From contig NC_043014.1 in NCBI RefSeq assembly GCF_006345805.1, forward strand, positions 50,344,001-50,408,000: 64,000 nt of DNA. The letters are read 5' to 3'. The stretch comes from Octopus sinensis. Lineage: Eukaryota. Both the position numbers and the translations under genes were made by a program. Within the stretch, counting starts at the first letter, position 1. Each line of letters opens with the position of its first letter. Of this stretch, positions 29,301-41,985 are shown in pieces. The notes beneath the pieces were generated by a model. The model was not told the DNA's origin, did not search any database, and saw nothing but the letters and a program-made list of their open reading frames with translations.

Positions 29301-29959
29301 GCAGACACCAATCTATTTCTTTACTACCCACAAGGGACTAAACACAGAGAGGACGAACACAGACAGACAAACGGATTAAGTCGATTACATCGACCCCAGT
29401 ACGTAACTAGTACTTAATTTATCGACCCCGAAAGGATTCCACCTGACACTGATACTATAGCTACAAACATACAGGAGCCCCAAATTCCCCAGCCTTCACC
29501 TTATGAAAAAAATATATTGTTTTCTACAACGAGTCATTCGATGAGTTGTGAGTGGATACAAACAATCTGGACGAGGTGATAAAAGTCGATATTGTAGGGA
29601 GTGCGGGAGAGTCCGTGCATGTTAAATGTCTATTAATGGACAGAAAGAACTCGCAAAGATTAAGCGAGGATTATGGAAGAAATGTCATTATCTCACAAAT
29701 GGAAATTGCTTCCAGGGGAATGCAGTCAACAGTTAAGCTATCACGAACTTTTAAAAGAATTTAACACGGACATATTAAGTGATTTTAAGTGATTGTTTTT
29801 AAAATGTTTCAAGGATATCATTTGGATTGTTGGGTCCGAGTGGCCACCATTTCATCCATTCAGTTTTTATATCATCCTTCTCATTCGTTTTATTTTCCCC
29901 CATGTTTGTGCTTTTGTCCATTTTTGTACTGACCCTCTATGTTTAGCCCCTGTGTGCAA

Positions 29960-30290
29960 TAAATGGAGAGTTTGAGACTCGAAGATTGTGAGCCTAGTGG
30001 ACACCCATCTGTCATAGATGATGGTCAATTAAAGACCGTCATTGAGAAAGAGCCACGTAAAACCACTTCGATAACTGGTAAATGAACTTCAATTTAGCCC
30101 CCAAAACTGCCTGCGACTATTTGCATGCGATGGGAAAATCATAAAAGTGTTCGACAAATGTGTATCACACGATTTGACTGAAAATCAGAAGATGCGCATA
30201 CATGAAATATGCTCGGCGCTTCTTCTCCGTAACCAGACCGAACCCTTTCTCGACCGTATTGTAACTTGCGACGAAAAGTGGATTGTGTGC
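29960..30290 (+). mobile_element. Mariner transposase fragment (N-terminal to the first catalytic D)
   Basis: LEDCEPSGHPS...KCVSHDLTENQK...FLDRIVTCDEKW matches the mariner WVPHEL and TxDEKW motifs; frameshifted. Confidence 0.85.
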
Positions 30291-30628
30291 AAGGCTAGTA
30301 CTTATTCTGTCGGTCACCTTTGTCGAACCGCTAAGTTACGGGGACGCAAACGCACCAGCATTGGTTGTCAAGCGATGTTGGGGAGGACAAACACAGACAC
30401 CCAAACATATGCACAAACATACATGCATGCATACATACATACATACATGCATGCATACATACATATACGACAGGCTTCTTTCAGTTTCCGTCTGCCAAAT
30501 CCACTCACAAGGCTTTGGTCGGCCCAAGGCTATAGTAGAAGACACTTGTTCAAGGTGCCACGCAGTGGGAATGAATTCGGAACCATGTGGTTGGTAAACA
30601 AGCTACTTACCACACAGACTCTCCTGCG

Positions 30629-30630
<2 letters not shown>
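30291..30630 (-). mobile_element. SINE group B, 3'-truncated, abutting the mariner fragment
   Basis: Group B head and both halves; here the internal microsatellite is (CATA)n/(CATG). Confidence 0.85.
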
Positions 30631-30718
<88 letters not shown>

Positions 30719-31702
30719 TTTGATAAACAGTTAGATAGATGCGGAAATAGATAGATGTGAATACGTATATAGACAGATAGATAAATAGAGATATAGGCAT
30801 ATATATAAATATATTTTCAGGGCAAAACAACAAAGGATATTGTGCAGTATAGTCACGGTCCATTGAATGCCGAAGACACACACACACACACTTACACACA
30901 AACGAGAAGTAGTGTATACCACAACAGAAAGAATACCTAAATCATGGAGTCACTGTGTATAGAAACTTTGCGCTCCTAAAACAATCTTACTTTACAAAGA
31001 GAAACCATTTGCACAATAATGTTGGGTGAAGTGTAAATTTTCTGGGAGTGGGACCGCTTAAAATCTAATTGTTCCTTAAGATTTATAGTCTTCAACATCA
31101 GTTAACAATTTTACCACAAACGTTGCCGATGATTACATTACACCTGACTTTTATCGTTTGCCAATTTCGGAATGTGTGAAATCAAAGATTGAATTTACAA
31201 TTTTGTAACCTTGTGGACATCACGACAGTTTCGCTGGTTATTTATGGTCTACAGTTGTTCAACTTTAACACGCGTTTAACTACAAAGGTGACTACAGCAG
31301 GAAATTCTATCACATTAAGTCAAACCTTACCACTAAATTGCCAAAATGTGGGAAGGAAGGGGCCTTCCTTGATCAGCATAGAATTACTACAAATAGTATT
31401 TTGGAAAGTGAGTTTACTAACAGATTGTAAAATAGTAGTGATTTACACCGTCCGTAAGAATTATATCTGCCAGAAGACAACAGAAGGGCACTGCCCGTGT
31501 TGGTGGATTAATCTGCTGAAAGTAAAAAATCCTCTTACAAATCGCGCAGTTTACGGCCTAATATATATATATATATATATATATATAATGTAGAGCAATC
31601 TTCAGCTGCATACAAATATAGAATTTAGTTAAATTAAAAAATATTCCTATTTATAGCTATTCCATTATCCAAAATCAGAAAGAGGGTAAGTAGATAGACA
31701 GG

Positions 31703-31758
31703 AAACAAGTTTCATCAACAAAACCATAGTGGTATGTTTTTGTTGATCAAACTTGTTT
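31703..31758. other. 56-nt near-perfect hairpin
   Basis: AAACAAGTTT/AAACTTGTTT (10 bp), C-C mismatch, ATCAACAAAA/TTTTGTTGAT (10 bp), mismatch, CATA/TATG, loop GTGG. Confidence 0.85.
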
Positions 31759-31849
31759 TAACACACACGTCTTTCAAAATGTGACCTCGTGTGTACCGTT
31801 GGCGATTTTTTCCTCTGTCTTCCCTTCTCTGGATCTTTCCTTCTCCTAT

Positions 31850-31884
31850 GTTTCCGACGAAGAGCTCCGCTCGAAACGTTCAAT
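31850..31884 (+). ncRNA. Degenerate minimal hammerhead-like motif HH2 in a Penelope-like terminal cassette (~31775-31985)
   Basis: GTTT-CCGACGA-A-GAGC(TCC)GCTC-GAAA-CGT-T-CAAT. Core has U4C; helix III segment ACGT is palindromic. Confidence 0.55.
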
Positions 31885-31996
31885 CCTCCTTCTTCCCTTC
31901 TTTCCTGAGCGTCCAATAATACCATACTTGTTCCACATCCTCGCGTTGTTGTGTTTTTTTTTGTGTTTTCTTGTTTGGATTAACTTTATATATATA

Positions 31997-32044
<48 letters not shown>

Positions 32045-32222
32045 CAGGGGCTGTTGAGTCAAACAGAGGCTATGTCTACCACTTAGAATAAAGAACTCAA
32101 AGATATTTCTCATAGTAAATAAAATATTTAACCCATTATTTTTTTCAACATGTTTGTCGGATAAATGATAATTGATTAGATATATTATACACCACACACA
32201 CACACACACACATATATATATA

Positions 32223-33409
32223 CAGGGTGCGATGTGTAAATTGTCGCCATTTTACAAATTCAATTTCGCGCATCTGCAAGCATTCTTTCTGTTGAGCACT
32301 CTCTGTGACGCAATTTACTCTGCCAAAAGTTTGGAAGCTACATGCTGTACTGCTTAGCACTCGAGCCGGAAGCGCCAGCATGAGTGTTTGGTCGAATCTG
32401 TGGACAGTGGAGAGGATTCGGAACGAATTGGATGTGGATGACTCTAATAATGGTGATTACGAAAGTATGGGAGCTCGGAAAACACACTCTGATTGTTCTG
32501 ATAAGAAAGGTACTCCTGAATTTGTTGGTGAGATCGAAGCCGTAATTAACAACGAATCCTCCAAGTCAATCCGGTCAATAGGCAGCGAGAGTCTGAGTTT
32601 CATATAGTGCATGAAGACATTTGGTGTTCCGCAAACAAGGACCAATTTTTATCCCAAGCCATGAAGGAAAAGAGAAAAGACCATACTACGAAAATTTTGA
32701 AGAAACAGAATGATTCCTTCCAACCCAACATGCTTTGGGCTTTTCTCAGACGTGAAAAAATTCTGCCAGGATCAGATGCTGAAGGTACCGAACAACCGTT
32801 GCCCTGTCCCCAAAACATATACCAAGAGTGATTAAAATCAAACATCCAGCCAACATCATGGTGTTTGGAGTGATCACTAGTGATCTTCCCACATGGCCTC
32901 AGACTCAACACGGAGGAATACATCAAGTGCCTAGTGAAGGTAGTGCTGCTCTGAGTCAAGAGGGTGACTGCTGGAACAGCCTTTGTCTGGCAACAGAACT
33001 CCGCACCATGCCACAAAAACAGGAGAACACAGTCATGGCTGTCAGACTGTTTCTGCAACCACATCTCTAACAACCCAAACTCCCCAGACTGCAACCCCCT
33101 TGATTATTATGTGTGGGGCGCAGTTGGGTGAAAGACCAACAAAATTTCTTGTAATACTAAAGATGAACTGAAGGCAAGGATTATGGCAGCATTCACCAAC
33201 TTAAACAAGGAGACTGTCCAGAAGAGTTGCAGGAGATTCCGAACTGGTCTGGAGGCCATAGTTGAAGCCAATGGCGATTTTATTGAATAAATTTACTCTT
33301 TAGTATTTCAAGATATTTTTATGTAATGATAAATATATCTTTTAAAATGAGATGTTAGTGTACTTTCCTTTTTGCATAATTTAGACGGCAATTTATTCAC
33401 CGTACCCAG
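32223..33409 (+). mobile_element. Near full-length decayed IS630-Tc1-mariner element, probably maT (DD37D) type
   Basis: TA-flanked imperfect TIRs (TACAGGGTGCGATGTGTAAATTGTCG versus reverse-complement TACTGGGTACGGTGAATAAATTGCCG). Remnants include KHPANIMVFGVI, WQQNSAPCH, PNSPDCNPLDYYVWG and EANGDFIE*. Frameshifted; second D reads N. Confidence 0.85.
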
Positions 33410-34139
33410 TATATGTGTGTATGTGAGTGTATACATGTATCTAAATACACATATATACATACACAGACACGCAGATATATGTGTGTGTGTATGTATGTAT
33501 ACATACTCCTGTTCGTACGCACGTTTTTAAGTGTCAAGATTGCCTGGAAGTCTCTTCTAATGTACTTACTACATAATTTAATACGTTATTGATTTATATT
33601 CTTACTTTTAAAAATATAAAATCTTAATGTATCAACATTTTCGCGTACCGCTTCACGAAGATTCTTTTTCATTTGCAGAGCTACTTAAGTCATACTTCAG
33701 CCTCGTTTTATTAAGAGTAAATTGTTAACAGGAGATGTTTTAGTTTTCGAGTTGTATATTAAAATTAACGGAAGTAGATCGAGCCCAGCTATTTCTAAGT
33801 CAAATATTGGTGGGGGTTCGTAAAGTAACAATCTATGAAACATGGAATATCTACATAACCTACCATGTAATTAATGAATATATATTCAGGTAACCGGTTT
33901 CAAATGTCGCTGCTATTTTTTTCTGTAAAATTGTGACCAATGAAATGGAGTCTTTTCTCATAGAGACCTGCAAAAAGAGAGGCTAATTGGTCTTAAAGTT
34001 TTATCGAAGAATTTTCAGTCTTCGGGCAAATTGCTCGGAGTTATTTTGTCTGCCGTTACGTTCTGAGATCATATTCCGCCGAGGTCGACTTTGCCTTTCA
34101 TCCTTTCGGGGTCGATTAAATAAGTACCAGTTACGCACT

Positions 34140-34330
34140 GGGTCCGTCAGAAGGTAATGGCGAACTTCTGCTGACTATTTCGCCACAACTTTCTCTCACT
34201 CTTTCTTCCTGCATCTTGCAGATCACCTGAGACAGACCGGCGTCTCGTCCAGGTGAGGAACCTATACGCTAAGGAAATCGGGAAACCGGACCTTATGAGC
34301 CAGACATGGCTCGAGAAGGAACAAACAACA
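34140..34330 (+). mobile_element. SINE group C, 5'-truncated (body 3 + tail Y'), joined to a group A 5' part (~33990-34142)
   Basis: Matches the 3' part of 62038-62335. Confidence 0.8.
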
Positions 34331-34986
34331 AACATAACTTCTTAGAAAACAAAGCAGTTTTTTTCCAAATTCATGCAACCCTAAGATGTTAGATATAATT
34401 TCTTAACGGCATCTTTGTACAGGGAATTCTGCAATTCCCGGTGTGTAATTCAAGCCGCAAATTATGCAACGATTATTGGAAAACGAAAGTTCAATGCATC
34501 TCCCTGGAGACCTAGAATTATTTTCGTACATGTACATAATATAGCTAAACACTTTCCAGATGAAAGAGAAATCACCTGTATTTGTTTAGCTCCATTGTTG
34601 ATTAATCTTTATATTTCTGTATCTGATGCTCTTTAGAGCGCTGATCTCGAAACCAGTTGTAAGTTTTGTTGTTATTGTTTTTTCCCGAAAGATAGGGAAT
34701 ATTTTAAACAAATTCTTGAACAGCATGGCAACATGCTAAATGGAAAGAACGGCAAATTCAGTTTATGATAATCAAATTTCGATTATCTAATTTCGTAAAC
34801 GTGTAAAGAGAATTATTAAAGTTACAACAGTTTCACACTTCGCCTGTTGCAATTGGAAAACTGTTTCTAATAATTATTCCCGCATTACGTAAAAATTTCT
34901 TCACCACTAGATGCAAAATTTCTGCAGTAGCGTTTCATTTTTACACCGGCATTAATCTTAAAACTCGCGAACAAATTTCAAATGCC

Positions 34987-35280
34987 ATTCCGTTCGGTTA
35001 CGATGACGAATAGTCTGCTCGTAAAATTAACGTGCAAATGGCTGGACATTCTACAGACACGCATACTCTTAATGTAGTCCTTTTGGAGATTCAGCGTGAC
35101 ATAAAATGCGACGAGGCTGGCTCTTTGAATGACAGGTACAACTCACTTTTGCCAGCAGAGTGGACAGGAGGAACATGAAATGAAATGTGAAATGTTTTCG
35201 GTCGAGTGCACAACGCGCCGCTGAGAATCGAAGCCACTACCTTAAGTTAGAGAGCCGGATACCCTAACCACTTGGCCACC
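34987..35280 (-). mobile_element. Old SINE group C (body 2 + tail X)
   Basis: Diverged match to 27159-27484. Confidence 0.7.
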
Positions 35281-35347
35281 ACTTTCACTCATAGAATATT
35301 AGTTCGTTATTCACTGTACTGTCTAACACATATTAAAATAAATAAAT

Positions 35348-35594
35348 GCGCCCTTTTAAAGCCTAGCCAGGCTCATGGGCCCGGTTTCCCGGTTTCAATG
35401 GCTTATGTGTTCCCCAGCTGGACGAGACGCCAGTCCATCGCAGCATTACTCATTTTTGCCAGCTGAGTGGACTGGAGCAACGTGAAATGAAGTGTTTTGC
35501 TCAAGAACACAACGTGTCGCACGGTACAGGAATCGAAACCACAATATTACGATCATGATGCTGACACCCTAACCACTAAGCCACGCGTCTCCAC
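35348..35594 (-). mobile_element. SINE group C (head 2 + body 2 + tail Y)
   Basis: CORE-like body followed by GCGATGGACTGGCGTC...GGGCCCATGAGCCTGGCTAGGC. Confidence 0.85.
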
Positions 35595-35899
35595 GTCTAA
35601 CATATAGTTGTGGCCAAAAGTTGGGAACATTATTTTTAAAGTTAAAATATATGTCCAATATAGATGCGGGCTTTTAATAGAAAAATGCAAATTTTCAGAC
35701 CTGCGCTCCAAACTTTTGGCCACGATTGTAACCACAAAGACGTTTCGAAAGCAGTATCTGTTATACGGTCGAACATTAAGTAGAAATGTTTAGTACTCAA
35801 TTTGGATGGAGAAGTAGCATTTTTGCCAAGGTTCTTCATATTCTTTGTAGTGGCATATCAGCTACTAATAGAGCTGAAAGCTATGCGTTATATAAATTA

Positions 35900-36205
35900 C
35901 GTCCCGTGACCGATCAGTCTATCAGATGTTGCTACACATCGCTGGTCACAATGCACTTCGCATTGTTTTATCCTTCAAATGACGCCACCCCGCTGGCTAA
36001 GTGAGCAGGCCAACAGAAGAAAGAGTGAGAGAAAGTTGTGGCGAAAGAGAACAGCAGGGATCGCTACCACCCCCTGCCGAAGCCTCGTGGAGCTTTTAGG
36101 TGTTTTTCGCTCAATAAACACTCACAGCGCCCGGTCTGGGAATCGAAACCGCGATCCTATGACCACGAGTCCGCTGCCCTAACCACTGGGCCATTGCTCC
36201 TCCAC
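35900..36205 (-). mobile_element. SINE group C (head 1 + body 1 + tail Z)
   Basis: Same structure as 37924-38226. Confidence 0.9.
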
Positions 36206-37024
36206 GCACTATATATAAATGCACCTAAATAAGAAAGTAACTGCACATACCGCTAATTATAGTTCCATTTTTTATTCTTTTCCCGAGGAAAAATATGTTG
36301 GCTACATCGTCATTAATTTGTGTTCTGTTTAGTTAAGGAAAAGGAAGGTAGCTTTCTGAAATTGCTATTTTGTACTCGTATTTCAATGTTGATATTACAG
36401 AAACTGTAATTATCGTTCAGTTCCATCAATATGGAATTTACTGATCCAAAAGCTAAGAGTATTTCGAAAGCATTTTTATTGTATTTTGAGCATTTTCTCA
36501 TTATATTAATATGAATAGCTTAATAACAGCCACGATTTATTAATAAATTCTTACTTTGTTTAAACTTACGACGTATGGTTGTACAAATGCTGATATCCTC
36601 CAGCTCGCTTTAATGTTAATGGAAATAATCATAAAGGCATTAGACGTGGAAGAAAATAGCGGCAATATTGGGAAGATCAGAGAGATATATGGAAAAGCGC
36701 TTGATCATTCACCATCTTTGATAATGTGTTAGTATACATTTATTAACCTGTGGCATCATCAGTTACCAAGCTTCACGTTAAACGTAAATTGACTTCATAC
36801 AGATGAAGCCAGGTGAGTCATGGGAGCACGCGCTTTGGCAGTGTATAGCGGCGTCCATCATTTATCGGTATTTGACAATCATCCGAGCAGTGTCTCGATC
36901 AGTCCCCATCTCGGCAAGATATTTCCTCTCCCGCCATGACCATGTAGCAGGTGACCAACCAACACGAGCCTTCACTTCATCCGAATGATGAGAAAAGGAA
37001 ACGCTGTACGGAGGATCAAACTCG

Positions 37025-37250
37025 GAAAATTCGAGCACCTTGGATGACGTAAAAAAGTTACCTTGATGAATTCTTCGTCATGAAACCACCTCAATTCTGG
37101 GAAGAGGGTATTTTCAAGTTGAAGGAAAGATGGAGAAGCATTGTGCAACAAAATGGTTCATATTTGGTTGATTAAAAATGTAATGACAAGTATTTATTGA
37201 CATTTTTCTTTCCTTTAAAAATCGGCACGAACTTTCCGAACAACCCAATA
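37025..37250 (+). mobile_element. Mariner 3' end with terminal inverted repeat
   Basis: LDEFFVMKPPQFWEEGIFKLKERWRSIVQQNGSYLVD*, then AAAAATCGGCACGAACTTTCCGAACAACCCAATA followed by TA; the reverse complement resembles mariner TIRs. Confidence 0.85.
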
Positions 37251-37399
37251 TAATGGAAACAAAAACAAATGCTAAATTAGTTAATTCCATAAGATTTAGA
37301 GGCGCTTTTTTGGTGTTTATTTAAGTACAGAATAAATTATACTATTTAAGCACATTACGGCGTAAATTTAATCATATTCATTTATAACATTTAAAAATT

Positions 37400-37559
37400 G
37401 TCTGTGTGGTAAGTAGCTTGCCAACCAACCACTTGGTTCCGGGTTCAGTCCCACTGCGTGGCATCTTGGGCAGGTGTCTTCTGCTATAGCCTCGGACCGA
37501 CTAATGCCTTGTGAGTGGATTTGGTAGACGGAAACTGAAAGAAGCCTGTCGTATATATG

Positions 37560-37590
<31 letters not shown>

Positions 37591-37795
37591 TTGTGTGTCT
37601 GTGTTTGTCCCCCTAGCATTACTTGGCAACCGATGCTGGTGTGTTTACGTCCCCGTCACTGAGCGGTTCGGCAAAAGAGACCGATAGAATAAGTACTGGG
37701 CTTACAAAGAATAAGTCCCGGGGTCGATTTGCTCGACTAATGGCGGTGCTCCAGCATGGCCGCAGTCAAATGAGAGAAACAAGTAAAAGAGTAAA
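37400..37795 (+). mobile_element. SINE group B
   Basis: Full group B match. Confidence 0.9.
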
Positions 37796-37923
37796 ACAGT
37801 AACGGGTATATATTAATAACAACAATTGCTGTAATCAAAACGAAAAAACAGTGGATTGTACATAAAACAGCGCTAGATTCTGTGCACTTATTCTTACGTA
37901 CTTGTGTCTAGTTCATACAATGT

Positions 37924-38226
37924 GGAAGCGCAATGGCCCAGTGGTTAAGGCAGCGCACTCGCGGTCGTAGGATCGCGGTTTCGATTCCCAGACCGGGCGT
38001 TGTGAGTGTTTATTGAGCGAAAACACCTAAAAGCTCCACGAGGCTCCGGCAGGGGCTGGTGATCCCTGCTGTACTCTTTCACCACTTTTTCTCCCAGTCT
38101 TTCTTCAGTTGGCCTGCTCGCTTAGCCAGCGGGGTGGCGTCATTCGAAGGCTAAAACAATGCGAACGCATAGTGACCAGCGATGTGTAACTACATCTGAT
38201 GGACTGGTCAGTCACGTGATCACGTG
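37924..38226 (+). mobile_element. SINE group C (head 1 + body 1 + tail Z) with a 114/113-bp flanking direct repeat
   Basis: 37810-37923 equals 38227-38339 apart from 1 substitution and 1 indel; tail ends in (CACGTGAT)2. Confidence 0.9.
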
Positions 38227-38635
38227 ATATTAATAACAACAATTGCTGTAATCAAAACGAAAAACAGTGGATTGTACATAAAACAGCGCTAGATTCTGTG
38301 CACTTATTCTTACGTACTTGTGTCTATTTCATACAATGTATCAAGAATAAAGGACAATTTAGCGAACGTTTTCCTCAGTTTAATATTTGAACAAAGAAAT
38401 TTCGAAGCTGTGAGTACATTTTCTTGACGACAGGTACGTGACTTAAGAGTGAATGAATAAATAAATACACAAAGGTGCGAGTGAGCTACCTTTGATTCAA
38501 TTTATGTGTTTTTATTCCTATTTAGGAAACCAGGTGGAGAATAATTTAGAATTTTATTTATTTTCCTTTACAGTTTTTCTATCGTTAGAAATATTTGTTG
38601 TTGCCAAATACTAACAACAACGACAACAACAACCG

Positions 38636-38717
<82 letters not shown>

Positions 38718-38981
38718 CAAAAGATAGTGCTCATGGGAACTGCTCATATCCTACGCAAAATACTTTCTATGTAATCTCAAGGTTTAAAACAAACATAATT
38801 TTCGGTTTAAAAAAAAAAAAAAACTTTTTTTTAGACATTCATTAGTACAACACCCCCACCCCCAAATATAGGGCACACTAGGCATAACAACAGCATGAAC
38901 TTCCCACCCTGTTGTCTCTTGAGGTCTCTGGGTGAGACTTGGAGCCAACTTGTACAAATATAAAGCAAAAGTCAAACATAG
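38718..38981 (+). mobile_element. R4/Dong-like LINE 3' end in an (AAT)n array
   Basis: QKIVLMGTAHILRKILSM* then a 3' UTR and an AAT tail; preceded by (AAT)n at 38640-38717. Confidence 0.8.
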
Positions 38982-39099
38982 AATAATAATAATAATAATG
39001 ATAATAATAATAATGATAATGATAATAATAATGATAATAATAATAATAATAATAATAATGATGATGATAATAATAATGATAATAATAATAATAATAATA

Positions 39100-39133
<34 letters not shown>

Positions 39134-39134
<1 letters not shown>

Positions 39135-39345
39135 AAAAAATAACAGAAACAATTCCTATCAAAGTGGGTGCATTAGGTATGATAAAAAATATTCAGACAA
39201 ATACATAACAAAAACACCAGGACTTACAAATATATATAACATACAGAAAATAACAGTACTAGGCACTGCACACATCCTACGCAAAACACTTCCAATACAG
39301 TAATAATACGAGCATCACAGCAAACTACAGCACATACCCAACGGT
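39134..39345 (+). mobile_element. Second R4/Dong-like LINE 3' end
   Basis: TIPIKVGALGM (frameshift) ...IQKITVLGTAHILRKTLPIQ*; directly follows the AAT/GAT tail of the first copy. Confidence 0.8.
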
Positions 39346-40950
39346 TATGGGACACTGTTGAGGCACAAGTGATTTTGGTCTTGTTTGGCGAGCTGGGAGA
39401 ATCGATAGCACGCCAAGCGAAAGGCTTAGTGGTGTTTCGTACGTCCGTAAGTTATGAGTTCAAATTCCGCCAATGCCGACTTTACCTTTCATTCTTTCGG
39501 GGTTTATAAAAGAGACAAATGTAGACGATGCAATCAACTCAGCTACACCTGGGTTTGAGTATAAAAAACAGGCACCCCTCTGCCAAATCACAACGAACCA
39601 GTGTGACAAAATAGACTCATCCTTAGAATGATCTCAAACTCAAATTCAGGGTCTCCAGATCTAATCGTGATTGGGTGAAGAAACCACCTTGAGCCCTTCG
39701 TCCTGCAGTGGACTGAACGTAGCAATTCGATCCAATCCAATGGTACACTTAACATTTTAACTCAGCCGTTTCATACATGCGTGTACCATAAACGGAGTCA
39801 TATCTTTTGTAAACTTTCACATGAGGTTACAATCAAAGGACCAAATTCCAACCGTTTTCCCACCCAGTCAGCCGGAATCTCCGGATGCAAGAGACATCAC
39901 CTATAGGTCTTGCCCCTTCTACTTTGTTTAATAAGCTAACACAGAATCATTATAAGACAATTTATTATTTGCGAGAATGAAGTATATGTATGATCAGGTA
40001 AAAACGAACTCATTGCTGCAAAATCTCACACATCATGGTGGCTATTTATAATATATTGCCTTTCGTTTCTATCTTCCACTTATTTACTGTTATTACTATT
40101 TAACTGTTTATTTTTGCCTTGTTTCATTTACTTTATATTGTGTTTTATATTTGTCGTTCTTTGGATCTATTCTATTTTCTCATTAACTTCTCTGTAGGAA
40201 CGGTTTGTTAGGTGTTGCTTGTTTTTTTTGTTGTTATTGTTGTTGTTGTTTGCAATTATTTTCTAATGAAATCCATTACATGCTTTCTGTTAATTAAACA
40301 TTTTCCAATTTTCACTTTGCTGACATTCGCAAGCAACCAAAACAAGCATAACAACAACACAATACAAAACAAACAATAATCGATTGTTTTCTACACTTAC
40401 GGATAGTTTTCCCCATTAATGAAGGCAATTTAACATTTCAGTGGCTAAATATGGTCACATTTCCTACATGTTGGCACGCTACATTCATTAGACAATGCAA
40501 TAATTCCTTAACGCCCCACACAGCACCCCTCAATTGCTAAATCCACAAACACAGCGCCAAGGACACACGAACTTTCCTCATGTAACAATGGGGGCCTTAA
40601 AAAAAATGAAGTCACTTCGGAGCATAATGTCGGAATATGTTGGTTATATTTTACTTCTTTCAGTCATTATAATGCGGCCATGCTGCAGCACCGCCTTGTG
40701 AGGTTTTTACTCAAAGAAATCGACTTCAGTATTTATGCTCTTTGTTTTTGTTTTTTTTTTTTGTTTTTTTGATATGTCAGGTACTTATCTTATCATCACG
40801 TTTGCCGAACTGCTAATTTGCGGGACATTTTTAACCTAACACCGTCTGTCGATTGATTGAGACGGGACAAACACAAACACACATACATATATGTATGTCT
40901 ATCAATTTATACACAAATACACACACACACACACACATATATATATGTAA

Positions 40951-41180
40951 AGGCGGCGAGCTGGCAGAAACGTTAGCACACCGGGCGAAATGCGTAGCCG
41001 TATTTCGTCTGCCGTTACGTTCTGAGTTCAAATTCCGCCGAGGTCGACGTTGCCTTTCATCCTTTCGGGGCCGATTAAACAAGTACCAGTTACGCACTGG
41101 GGTCGATATAATCGACTTAATCCGTTTGTCTGTCCTTGTTTGTCCCCTCTGTGTTTAGCCCCTTGTGGGTAGTAAGGAAA
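40951..41180 (+). mobile_element. SINE group A, full length, followed by (TATG)n
   Basis: Near-consensus copy. Confidence 0.9.
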
Positions 41181-41183
41181 TAC

Positions 41184-41231
<48 letters not shown>

Positions 41232-41252
41232 GTATGCATGTATGTATGCATG

Positions 41253-41283
<31 letters not shown>

Positions 41284-41730
41284 GTATGCATGTATGTATG
41301 CATGTATGTATGTATGTATGTATGTATGTATGTATGTATACACAACCGGCTTGCTTTCAGTTTCCGAGCACCAAATCTTTTCACAAGGCATTGTTTGCCC
41401 TAAGACCATGGTAGAAGACGTTTTCCCAAGGTGCCCCAGGGTGGCACAGAACACGAAAACTGGTGGTTACAAATCAAGCTTCTTAACCACACAGTCATTT
41501 CTACAACTAAAAACAGATCCGAAATTGTTATAGTTAGTGTACAGAATATCTACAAAGGAACTTGACTTGCTAGAAACCACAGCCCAATTCTCATTGAAAT
41601 TATGCAGTATGATGATATGTTGGACAACACATTGGACAATCGGTTGCACTCGGCTTCTATTGATGTCTATGTGTTAGCTTGGTCTAATAGAAATAGCACC
41701 AAAAGAATGGCCTGATAGAAATGGCACCTG

Positions 41731-41805
<75 letters not shown>

Positions 41806-41935
41806 TATATGTTTTCTTCTTTGGCTTTTTAGTAAACTATCCCTATATATATAATATATATATATATATCAATTAACAGAATGAGATGAAAAAATCCAAG
41901 GCTGTTAATAGTTTTCCGAACATTTAAAAAGAGAA

Positions 41936-41985
41936 CGTCTTACAGGTGTTTCCGGGATATTTTATATACCCCTTCATCAGAGACG
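41936..41985 (-). ncRNA. Minimal type I hammerhead-like motif HH3
   Basis: Minus strand CGTCT-CTGATGA-A-GGGGTAT(ATAAA)ATATCCC-G-GAAA-CACCTGT-A-AGACG. Intact core, 5-bp helix I, 7-bp helix II, GUA triplet, near-palindromic helix III segment ACACCTGT. Confidence 0.75.

Noticed and set aside
39600-39920. Complex sequence with faint RTE-like translation on the minus strand
   Set aside because: Too degenerate to assign by eye.
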